A stretch of 32,000 nt of DNA from an archaeon (GTDB lineage: Archaea > Asgardarchaeota > Thorarchaeia > Thorarchaeales > Thorarchaeaceae), in NCBI GenBank assembly GCA_024275415.1, contig JAJRZD010000032.1:25141-57140 (forward strand). The letters are read 5' to 3'. Made by a program: the position numbers and the translations under genes. Numbering within the stretch: the first letter of the stretch is position 1; each line of letters begins with the position of its first letter. The notes below the pieces were generated by a model. It was not told the DNA's origin. It saw nothing but the letters and a program-made list of their open reading frames with translations, and searched no databases. Shown here one piece after another: positions 17,854 through 26,700 of this stretch.

Positions 17854-19023
17854 CTAGAGCATTTCTTTGTAGACTTCACGTTGGATAAGGAATCTGAGAA
17901 TCTCCGCAGTTCCGCCTCCAATAGTCATTAGCCGTGCATCACGCAGAAATCGTTCCACAGGATAGTCAGTGGTGTAGCCCATACCACCAAGCACCTGTAA
18001 GGCATCATTAGTAATAGAGATTGCAGCTTCCGTAGCATACAACTTGGCGATGGATGCCTGCTTGGTTATCTTCATCCCCTTATCGTACATCCTTGCAGCA
18101 GTAAGGGTAAGTGCGCGGGCCGCTTCCAGTTTCATTGCCATGTCTGCAATCTTGAAACTCACGCCTTCAAAAGCACGGATTGCCCTTCCAAACTGCTGTC
18201 GTTCATTGGAGTATTTCACAGCGACCTCATAGGGAGTACGTCCATACCCAATTGCCTCGGCAGCAATGGCTGTTCGTTCACTGTCCAGCTCGTCCATGAG
18301 GATGCGGAATCCCTGTACTTCTTCGCCGAGAAGCATCTCAGAACCTAGACGAACATCTTCGAGTTTAAGCCATGAAACTCTGGCAGACTTCATGCCTAGT
18401 AAGTCATGATCCTTCACGACACTAAACCCATCAGCATCAGTAGGAACGATGAATGCTGACATACCATCCTTCGATTTGACTGATGGGTCAGTGATAGCGA
18501 ACGCGCACATATAGTCAGCCTGACTACCATTTGTGATGAACCGTTTCTCGCCATTAAGAACCCACTCATCACCATCCTTCTCGGCCCTAGTCTTCATCCC
18601 TGCGGTGTCAGACCCGACCTCCGGCTCAGTGATGCCGATGCATCCTATCTTCTCACCCTTGACCACTGGAGCAAGGTACTTCTTCTTTTGCTCATCAGTG
18701 CCGAACACCTTCAAGGGCATTCCGAAAAGGGTAGTGGATGCCATCCGTGCCATGTCGAGTCCTCCGTTAGCAGCAGAGATCTCCTCAGCGACTATGATCT
18801 CGTAGGACAGCCCCTTTGCAGTACCTCCGTAGTCCTTGTCATGATGGACTCCCATGAACCCTGCCTGGCCAATCTTTCTCAGAAGATCACGCGGGTAAGA
18901 ACCCTTGTCAATCTCATCTGCTATAGGGTAAATCTCCTTGTCACAAAACTCGCGAACTTGCTTTCTGAACTCAATCTCTTCCTCAGTCCATAGGACACTA
19001 CTAAGATAGTCTGCCATTGTCAA
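17854..19023 (-). CDS. Acyl-CoA dehydrogenase
   Basis: CIGITEPEVGSD, LNGEKRFITNG, RQQFGRAI, YPVERFLRDARLMTIGGGTAEI (the G-G-T region lacks the usual MCAD-type Glu, YEGT). Start TTG 19023 or ATG 19017. Confidence 0.95.
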   Translation of the reverse strand: MTMADYLSSVLWTEEEIEFRKQVREFCDKEIYPIADEIDKGSYPRDLLRKIGQAGFMGVHHDKDYGGTAKGLSYEIIVAEEISAANGGLDMARMASTTLFGMPLKVFGTDEQKKKYLAPVVKGEKIGCIGITEPEVGSDTAGMKTRAEKDGDEWVLNGEKRFITNGSQADYMCAFAITDPSVKSKDGMSAFIVPTDADGFSVVKDHDLLGMKSARVSWLKLEDVRLGSEMLLGEEVQGFRILMDELDSERTAIAAEAIGYGRTPYEVAVKYSNERQQFGRAIRAFEGVSFKIADMAMKLEAARALTLTAARMYDKGMKITKQASIAKLYATEAAISITNDALQVLGGMGYTTDYPVERFLRDARLMTIGGGTAEILRFLIQREVYKEML

Positions 19024-19048
19024 ACACGGTCAAGGCACTGAGGTGCGG

Positions 19049-19056
19049 TACTTAAA
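19049..19056 (-). promoter_or_regulatory. Candidate TATA box for the acyl-CoA dehydrogenase gene
   Basis: Minus-strand TTTAAGTA located 26-33 nt upstream of the TTG at 19023, the spacing expected for a leaderless archaeal transcript. Confidence 0.4.
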
Positions 19057-19073
19057 TTCCTAACGAATGTCGC

Positions 19074-19424
19074 TCACAGGTCATCATATGGCTCTTCACG
19101 CATGTTCTGGATAGTCTGAATCGCCAGCCTGCGTGCAGCATCTCGTTTCTTCTGGATGTCCAATGCTTGCGTGCGAATTTCCTGAAAGAGCCTCTTACGA
19201 GACTGGATGACTCGCTCAATCAGGGCTGCCACTGCCTCAGACCTGCTCTTGAAAATCTCAAGCTCGACAAGTGCGTCCAAGATGCCAACAATCTCAGAAC
19301 TCATCCGGGTCATCACCGATATCTCACGTTTCTTCAGACCGAAGCGTTCCTCTGATGCCCTGCCAAGAAGCTCTTCTCGCAAGCTTGCCTGGAGTGCTGA
19401 AAAATCCCTGTTCTCTTCTGACAA
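19074..19424 (-). CDS. Ribbon-helix-helix (CopG/NikR-like) DNA-binding protein with C-terminal helical extension
   Basis: ISVMTRMSSEIVGILDALVELEIFKSRSEAVAALIE fits the strand-helix-helix pattern with the SRSE signature. Confidence 0.75.
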   Translation of the reverse strand: MSEENRDFSALQASLREELLGRASEERFGLKKREISVMTRMSSEIVGILDALVELEIFKSRSEAVAALIERVIQSRKRLFQEIRTQALDIQKKRDAARRLAIQTIQNMREEPYDDL

Positions 19425-19496
19425 AGTTCAAGACCCCATAGACCAAGCGAAACTAATCAGGTCATATGATACAAAGAAGCATTATATTACTTTTCA

Positions 19497-19511
19497 CGTA
19501 ATACTATTACG
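19497..19511. promoter_or_regulatory. Perfect 7-1-7 inverted repeat, candidate operator
   Basis: CGTAATA-C-TATTACG in the AT-rich region upstream of the RHH gene. Confidence 0.4.
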
Positions 19512-19607
19512 CATCACGGATACGAGTAGGTAGCATTTTCGGTCCCTGAAACTCGTTACTAAGCGGGGCGCATATCGCAGCGGATGCGTTCCGGTCCGTG
19601 ATGCATC

Positions 19608-19931
19608 TTATTCCATTAACTTGTAGATGAAACGGTCTGACACATCACGGTCAATAGATACAACCCGACCGATGTGTGTATCGTCAATCACATCTTTTGA
19701 GCCTAGACACAATACCATCGCTCCAGATCTCAATCGAACCAATGCCAAAACAACTGGGGGGTCAAACCCGTCCGGAGGACGCTGCAAGGAGGTGTAGCTA
19801 GCGATGACACCAGAGGGTTCTACAATGATTTGTTCAAGGTCGTGGAATTCAGGGCCGCAATAAGGACATATTTCCCGTGGTGGGATGATGACAGCACTGC
19901 ATCTCTGACATTTAGAAGCTTCAATCTCCAC
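19608..19931 (-). CDS. DUF35-type Zn-ribbon + OB-fold protein (acyl-CoA-binding family)
   Basis: CQRC...PPREICPYC zinc ribbon followed by GVIASYT...PVVLALVRL OB-fold pattern. Confidence 0.88.
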   Translation of the reverse strand: MEIEASKCQRCSAVIIPPREICPYCGPEFHDLEQIIVEPSGVIASYTSLQRPPDGFDPPVVLALVRLRSGAMVLCLGSKDVIDDTHIGRVVSIDRDVSDRFIYKLME

Positions 19932-19993
19932 GGTGCTTACCCATTACAGCACAATGAGTAGAACCTGAAAAAGATTGTCAATGTTTTAGAATA

Positions 19994-20335
19994 CTATACC
20001 TTGTGTTTCTTCAGCGTATTGACTACGGACTTCAGATTCTTCTTGATGAATTTGCGGAACTTGGGGTCATCAGAGAGGAACAACGTTGTCGAATCTTGAA
20101 GATTGCTGATGTCACCATCAATCTCTATTGCCTCTCCGAGTTCGATAATATCGTTCTTGAAGACTCCTTCGATTGCATGAGGAGAGAATCCCTCCTTTTT
20201 GTATACAGGGAAGATTTGCGCCTTTGTCGCAGCGCCACCTAGCTTGAGCAATGCAAGAATCATAAGCCAATGATGCCAAGCCAAGGTGTAATTACTCAGG
20301 AATGCCATGACTTCTTCTAAGGGTCGTTGTGTCAA
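19994..20335 (-). CDS. Small hypothetical protein, possible winged-helix fold
   Basis: 113 aa; GGAGG 7 nt before the TTG start; ILALLKLGGAATKAQIFPVY resembles WH helix 1-helix 2. Fold assignment is tentative. Confidence 0.75.
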   Translation of the reverse strand: MTQRPLEEVMAFLSNYTLAWHHWLMILALLKLGGAATKAQIFPVYKKEGFSPHAIEGVFKNDIIELGEAIEIDGDISNLQDSTTLFLSDDPKFRKFIKKNLKSVVNTLKKHKV

Positions 20336-20361
20336 ACATGCGCCTCCAAGGTTTTCATTAT

Positions 20362-21681
20362 TCAGGTTTCGTCTTCACTTAATGTGTCTTTTGACTCTGC
20401 GCCTTCAGGCATAGATAACGACAACGGTCGAATCTTATCGTCCTCAATTTCCACGAGACCGGCATCAACGAACTTTTGCAGTTGACGCTTGAGCAGGATC
20501 GTAGGAATGCCAAGTGCCGAGGAGAGGTGTTGTAGCGGAAGCCAGTTTGTCTTTCCGGCGATGATGAAATATGCTTTGAAAGCTGGTTCGTCCTCAGCAA
20601 TCTGGTAGAGCGCATCCCATCGCGATTCCATCTCCTTCAACTGTGCTTTCAATGATTCAATCTCTGCCTCTTGAGCATCCCTGATACCTTTCCACTCAGC
20701 CGATTCGTAATGAACCGATTCAATCTTCTTCTCGAACTCTTCCTTCTGAGCCTCTAGTTCCGCTATTTCCTTTTTCAGTATGTCAATCGCGGCATCCCTC
20801 TGCATGAGCTTGTCCTCATACACCATTATCTGCCCACGGATGCTTGCGAGTTCTTCGATACGTGACTCGTACTCCTTTGCGATAGTTTCGGGAGTGCCAA
20901 GTTGAGCCAAGAGGTCTTTCTGCGAGCCTAACTGAACCTGCGATTTCTCAATTTGTCCCTTCATCTCAGCAATCTCAGCAGTCTTCTCTTCTAAAGCAGT
21001 TCGCAGTTCGGTAAGTGAAGTCCGGAGGTCCTCGATGTTCTTTTGACTCTGTTGAAGAGCTTCATCCTTCAACCTGATCAATTCTTCTTGTTCGGATGCT
21101 TTGCTTCTCCAGATACGAACCTCTGCTGCGGTACTCTCAAGTTGCTTATCAAGCTCGTTGAGTTTCGCGTAGAGTTGAACAAGCCTATTCTGGTGTTCTT
21201 CAGCGGTTTGAAATACCTGCAATGTTATCCCACTGCTGGTGGTAAGAACCATCGAGTCCAATCGTGATTTTGCCTCTTTGATTGCGTTCAGAATGGACGA
21301 CACCTGCTGTTTTGCGTTCAAGTTCTCTTTCAACCGATTCTTCACTACGGAAGCAGCTCTTGTCGCAAAAACACCAAGTCCAATCGTTTGAAGTTCTTTA
21401 GTGACGACAGAGATGACCTTCTCTAGCTCACCGTCAATCGCTGCCTCTGTAGACTCGACGTTTTCCTCGATGAACGAAAGTATCTCAGTGAATTGCTTGT
21501 GAACCTGTTGGAGCGTGTTGTCAGACTCTCCGGGTACGGTCTTGACAGATGTTTCCGAGCGAGCCTTGCTACCCGGATCCGAACCTAGCCCAGACTCTTC
21601 CATCACTGCTTCGATGAGCTCTTTGTCCTCATCAGTGAGCCCAACTCGTTTTTCAGGCTCGCGGTCTTCAGGATCGGACAA
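20362..21681 (-). CDS. Long coiled-coil protein with C-terminal winged-helix domain
   Basis: GAGGT then TTG start; about 200 aa of heptad-like E/K/L/Q-rich sequence; C-term LPLQHLSSALGIPTILLKRQLQKFVDAGLVEIEDDKI is a typical WH. Confidence 0.85.
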   Translation of the reverse strand: MSDPEDREPEKRVGLTDEDKELIEAVMEESGLGSDPGSKARSETSVKTVPGESDNTLQQVHKQFTEILSFIEENVESTEAAIDGELEKVISVVTKELQTIGLGVFATRAASVVKNRLKENLNAKQQVSSILNAIKEAKSRLDSMVLTTSSGITLQVFQTAEEHQNRLVQLYAKLNELDKQLESTAAEVRIWRSKASEQEELIRLKDEALQQSQKNIEDLRTSLTELRTALEEKTAEIAEMKGQIEKSQVQLGSQKDLLAQLGTPETIAKEYESRIEELASIRGQIMVYEDKLMQRDAAIDILKKEIAELEAQKEEFEKKIESVHYESAEWKGIRDAQEAEIESLKAQLKEMESRWDALYQIAEDEPAFKAYFIIAGKTNWLPLQHLSSALGIPTILLKRQLQKFVDAGLVEIEDDKIRPLSLSMPEGAESKDTLSEDET

Positions 21682-21693
21682 GTTGTCCCTACC

Positions 21694-22068
21694 TCAGTGT
21701 AGAACGCCTTTGTAGCCCATTGCCGTAAGTCTAGAAGCTGTTTCCTTTAGCTTTTCAGAAACAATAGCTGCTTCTTGAATCCGGCTCATGAGTTCCTTCC
21801 TGAATTCGAGAGCGGTCAGTTCACCATTATCAAGTCGAGCAGTCAGGTCGCTTCGCTCCGCCTGAAGCTCTTCTCGTCGCTGGTACAATCGCTCATATTC
21901 CGCAACAAGATTGACGAGTTCTCCCTGCTGTTCCGGAGGCAAAGCCTCAACCGGAGGTGCCTTTTCAGGCTCCTTTACAGCCGGGCCTGTCGTCATGATT
22001 TCGCGTCCTCTTACTCTGGCTGGTTGCACATGTTTCTTCTTTCTTCGCCAACTATCAAATAACCCCAT
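21694..22068 (-). CDS. Small helical protein with N-terminal amphipathic/basic motif and C-terminal helical hairpin
   Basis: Start reassigned to ATG 22068 (GGAGGT-agaaaaa-ATG), giving MGLFDSWRRKKK... 124 aa. Confidence 0.8.
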   Translation of the reverse strand: MGLFDSWRRKKKHVQPARVRGREIMTTGPAVKEPEKAPPVEALPPEQQGELVNLVAEYERLYQRREELQAERSDLTARLDNGELTALEFRKELMSRIQEAAIVSEKLKETASRLTAMGYKGVLH

Positions 22069-22086
22069 TTTTTCTACCTCCAAACT

Positions 22087-22638
22087 CTATTTGCCCAGAA
22101 TATCCTTTATCTCCTTCAATCGTTCCTCAAGTGACTGTCGCATGTTTTTTGCCACACTCGCTTTCTCGTCGTATTCCTCAGAACTGGCAGGGTCGTTCAG
22201 GGACATCTCGGCCAGTTCGTTCTCTTTCTCGAAAAGCCTTGCAATCTTAGCCTCAAGATCCTTCATCTCAGCTCGAAGATTCTCATGGGAGGCGTCCTCC
22301 TCTTCTGTGACCTCCTCCGGTTCAGGAGGCTGCTCGATGATGACCTCATCTTGGCCGTCAAGCTGCTCAGTCGAGAAACCTTTGACACGAACTTTGATGC
22401 CCTCGTCAAGTCGTACTTCTAGCTTTTCCATCCTTTCAAGGATCTGGGTCATCTGATCACTCAAGTTCTTTATTGCAACAGTCTGTCTGTCAATGGTCTG
22501 GAAAAGGGCATCTGCGAACTCCTCGAAGTTCAAGCCGTATTTGTAGCTATCAAGGACATCCTTGATGTTTGCTATGTCCTGAATCAGCTTCCTGCGCTCA
22601 TCAGGATCTATGATTTGGGATGAGTCTTTATCATTCAT
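22087..22638 (-). CDS. Helical/coiled-coil hypothetical protein with acidic linker
   Basis: 183 aa; GAGGTG RBS overlaps the end of the upstream GTPase gene; two helical blocks separated by EQPPEPEEVTEEED. Confidence 0.82.
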   Translation of the reverse strand: MNDKDSSQIIDPDERRKLIQDIANIKDVLDSYKYGLNFEEFADALFQTIDRQTVAIKNLSDQMTQILERMEKLEVRLDEGIKVRVKGFSTEQLDGQDEVIIEQPPEPEEVTEEEDASHENLRAEMKDLEAKIARLFEKENELAEMSLNDPASSEEYDEKASVAKNMRQSLEERLKEIKDILGK

Positions 22639-22640
22639 GG

Positions 22641-23519
22641 TTACACCTCAATCTCACTTATTATCTTGAAATCGACATTCTCGAAGACCACAGACTTCAG
22701 CAACTCGAGCCAGCGGTCACGAAAATCACGACGGTTTGCCTGCATACCATAAGCAGGAACATCCAAACGTCTTCCAACTTCCTTTGGAGACAATGCTCCA
22801 GGCAAATCCTGCTTGTTTGCTATAGCGACTGCTCGTGCATAAGGGAGCTCAGCCTTGAGAACAGGATAGGCAACACGCTTTGTCCAATCAAGGTTCTCTT
22901 GCGTTGAATCTGTGACTATCACAACAACACTACCGGCACGTATGATTTTCCCCCATTCTTGGACAAAACGATCCTGTCCGCCCAGATCGAACATGCTGAA
23001 AACATATGGGTCGAAATCAGCTTTCAAGAATGCCTTATCCCCAAAGAACGTGGGCACATATTCCTGAGGTGGTCCCTGTGACGGCAGTGTGGCCAGCTCA
23101 AGAAGTGTTGTCTTTCCGGTACCACCATGTCCAGCAAGGCAGACTTTCACAGGAATCTTGCTCACGATGCTTCGGAAACTGGGTTGGAACGGGCTGAAAT
23201 CGGTGGATTTCCACTCATCGCTCTCCAGAATACCCTCATAGGCAGTCATGAATTTCGAAACCAAGTTCATCATGGCTTCCTCTGCTTTCGAGAGAGATGA
23301 TTGTCTATCCATTGTGATTATGAATTGAGTGTCATGGCTATTCATGTACACATACCTGAAGCGTTCGATTTCCATGCTGTCGATTTTCCATTCGTGTAGT
23401 TTTTTCGCTGAAGATGAAACCAGCATCATGACAGCATTTGAATCAAGATCGTTGTTTGGAACAATAGTGTCTTGAAACAGTGGCTTGCCTTCTTTAAAGA
23501 CATGAAGCTCGCGTATCAT
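22641..23519 (-). CDS. N-terminal longin-like domain fused to an Arf-like small GTPase
   Basis: G1 GHGGTGKT, G2 YVPT, G3 DLGGQ, switch II EW, G4 NKQDL; first ~120 aa show a longin-type strand/helix order (MIRELHVF...RYVYM...FIITMD, then helices). Confidence 0.9.
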   Translation of the reverse strand: MIRELHVFKEGKPLFQDTIVPNNDLDSNAVMMLVSSSAKKLHEWKIDSMEIERFRYVYMNSHDTQFIITMDRQSSLSKAEEAMMNLVSKFMTAYEGILESDEWKSTDFSPFQPSFRSIVSKIPVKVCLAGHGGTGKTTLLELATLPSQGPPQEYVPTFFGDKAFLKADFDPYVFSMFDLGGQDRFVQEWGKIIRAGSVVVIVTDSTQENLDWTKRVAYPVLKAELPYARAVAIANKQDLPGALSPKEVGRRLDVPAYGMQANRRDFRDRWLELLKSVVFENVDFKIISEIEV

Positions 23520-23720
23520 AGTTTCTTAGTCCTCCAGATTTATCATACAATATCTTCGAGTGTGATAATGAACATTGGGCAGATTCCCATATGAGCGTAA
23601 TTCGTACCATTGCACTAGCGAAATATGTTTCACAATCTGCTCGTGGACATCATCCTTCAAGTTTCATCATCACTCCGTTTCTTGCAGGTTGAGGGGGACA
23701 ATACCCCCTCGGTTGCAATC

Positions 23721-26700
23721 CTATTCGTCTGCCAAATCATCCTCCTCTATGATGTCTTCATCGTCAGCTGAAACGTCCGTTTCGTCTGATTCGGAGCGCG
23801 CTTCTGCGTCCTCTTCGACATCTAAATCCTCGGGTTCATCAGAGAGTGAGTCTTCGATTTCCTCTTCAAGTTCCTCACTATCCTCCGAGTCTTCTTCTAA
23901 AGACTCAGATTCAGCAGTGTCTTCTTGTTCTGCTATTTCATCATCCTCCTGAGGCTCCGCATCATCGAGAACATCAGAGGCAGTTTCATCCTCAGAGGTG
24001 TCCAGAGTTGGTTCTTCGGGGATTACCTCTTCAGAGGTGTCCTCGGCAACTGTATCATCAGGTTCAGCCTCGTCCATCACTTCATCAACAGTAGGTTCTG
24101 CTGCAGGCTCCTCCGGTTCATCAGGGGATTCCTCGACCTTCTCAGTTTCGATTTTCTGCTCCCCAACATCTGCCTCTGATTCAACAGCCTCAGATACTTC
24201 CGCATCCTCCACTTCAGGAACCTCTGGCTCGGCTTCGATTATTGTGTCAAGCTCGGCCTCTAGCTCGGCCTCGAAGGATGAAACATCATCGGGGAGTGTT
24301 TCTTCGACACCCACATCCTCAAGCGCGTCCAGTTCATCAAGGAGACCTTCAGTGTCATCTAGTGACACATCATAATCCATCTCAGGACCTACTTCGATAA
24401 CAGGAGCTGAAAGGTCGAGTTCTGCCAGTCCGGGTGCCAGAAGCTCTGAAACAATCGAACCCATCGTCTTCACTTGATCAATCTTCGCCGTCTTGCCATC
24501 ACCCATGGCCTTCAATGCCTTGTTGATCTGCTTGATGGCGAATGGAATCTTGTAACGTTTGATTCCAATGTAGGATCCACTTCCGATGGCGAAAAGTCCA
24601 ATCATCAAGAGAATGGTCTGGAACATGGAGAGTGGGATTCTGAAGGAGCCGACGGATAGACCGAACACGGATGTCAGCGCGTCTACAGGTCCAAGTATGT
24701 CTACTGTGGCCTCGGTGATGGTCACAGAGATTACCGTATTGCTGGCGCTGGTGATGTTCGTGTAGAGCGGCGCCTCAATCACTACCTGAATGCTGTAGGC
24801 TGTCGTACTTCGTTCGCCAACCTGCGCACTGACTACACTTGCATAGTATCGCTCGTTCTCCTCATCGTAGAAGAGACCGTCACCTAGACTGAAAGTCAGT
24901 TGTGAGTTCACAGTGAGTTCTGCACGTGTCACCATTGAAGGAGTGATAGACCTCTGTCGTCCACCGACTGTATCAATGAACTTGAACCAGATGATTCCAG
25001 TCTGCCCTTCCTCGATATAGAAGCCGCTCGTTTCAGTCACGAGCTGTGTCGTCCCTACAAGAACGAGTTTTGGCTGGATGGTGACGGTAGTGTAGTTCTG
25101 CAGTTCAGCCGTTATGTTCAGGGTGAATATCCCAGGCACACGGTCATCACCAATCTCTTGAGGATTGAATGTCAAACGGTATACTTGAGTGCCTGCCTGA
25201 TAGCTGGCATAGAATATTTGGCCTCCGTACTCCATCGAGATGGTTGCTCCAGTCAAGACACCTGTCAGCGAAACAGAATCATCATCGACACTGTATGTCA
25301 GGATGATTTCGCCTGTATCCTCGCCATAGACGAGGGTATAGGTTCCCTGATCGGACTCAAGAGCAACATCTACAGGATTGATGACCAAATCGAGCACTCC
25401 ATTCGGAATGGTGAAGTTCTCGTTATCGACCACTATCAACAAGGTCCTGTCGCCAGCAGGAATCTCCATCGTGTCAACGGTCACATGATAGTCAACACTA
25501 GTATCCCGATAGGCAAGATAGCCAACGATGGATGTGCCCTGCCAGCTGTAGTACACCGTCGTATATTCAAGAGCCAGCAGCCCTCCACCGTGGGTATTGA
25601 ATACCCTGACTTGCAATTCGAACTCCTGCGACCAAGTCCACTCTAAGGAGGTGGGAGCATCAATGATTATCGTTCCCGAAATGGGCTCTATGACCACTGA
25701 AGTGGTGTTAGTGCTATCGACATAGTTTGGCAACTCGTAGGTGAAGGTCAAATCGTATGGATCCGCAGAGGCGGGGAACCAGTTGTCCGAGTCAAAGCTG
25801 AGAGTGAAGGTTCCGTTGTTGTGATTGACCATCTGTAGCGAGTAGGCCCCATAACTTACTGTAATAGTCGCCCCTAACCAGATATATCCTCCATGAAGTG
25901 CGTCGTAGAGATGAGCCTTGATGGCAATGGGGTCACTCCAATTGACAGCCCCAATGGAGTCGATTACTAATGAGGCATCGGTTTCAAGAACCAGCATGAT
26001 GACTGTGGTCAGGTCGTGCTCCTGATACCCATTCCTCATCAGCTCGATTGTGATTACATAAACTGAGCCTTGGACATTGGCATTCATCCCAAGGAGCTTG
26101 GTATCCACAGTGAGTGTGTACCAGCCTCCGCCTTCGTTGACGACATCAGTAATCGGAATGTCCAGTGGGATAAGAGTGTAGGTTTCTGATTCAGCATAGG
26201 TGATTGGCAAGTTATCAAGGGTGTTGTTCCAGTAAAACCGTACATCGAATACATCTGCGTAGAACACCTCGAAATACTGCTGTTCAAGTACGACCTCATT
26301 AGGCACTGCATCAATGCGCACGAAGAAGGTTATCTGGTCGGCAGTCCCTCCCGTAATCGTTGCAGTAACAACAATCTCGTAGAGCTGATCTTGCGGTACT
26401 GCATCGTAAGCGTTCAGGGTGACATTGTATATGCCGCCCGAGTAACCACTTAGAGTGCCACTCTCATCCACGACCGACTCGACAAACCAGCTGTATGATA
26501 CTGTCGCTCCTGTCACAGGAGTATTGATCCTAGACTGATCCCAGAGCGTCAGCTCGATAGTGAAATTACGAGTCCAATACACAATGAGCGGATTCTCAAT
26601 AGAGCCGAATTCGCTCTGAATCAGGAGCGGGACATTCACTGTGATTGTCAGGTCGATTTCACCATTCACATGATTGTCCTTGATAAGCTGGAGGCGTAAG

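Noticed and set aside
19568-19590. GC-rich imperfect inverted repeat downstream of the DUF35 gene
   Set aside because: Short, with mismatches and an unrealistically small loop; cannot be supported as a terminator.
20362-21681. SMC/Rad50-like annotation for the coiled-coil protein
   Set aside because: No Walker A/B, signature motif, hinge or Zn-hook.
21694-22068. Bona fide ESCRT-III (Snf7) call for the MGLF-starting protein
   Set aside because: Too short, and a Pro-rich linker follows the N-terminal motif where the long alpha1-alpha2 hairpin should be.
23520-23720. Possible ~44-codon minus-strand ORF between the giant gene and the GTPase
   Set aside because: No RBS at a proper distance and unremarkable composition; more likely a promoter/UTR, which also means the GTPase may have its own promoter.
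23724-24400. TCTTC/TCATC/TCCTC-rich DNA resembling a tandem repeat or CRISPR-like array
   Set aside because: Explained by Glu/Asp codons on the minus strand; no constant repeat-spacer periodicity.
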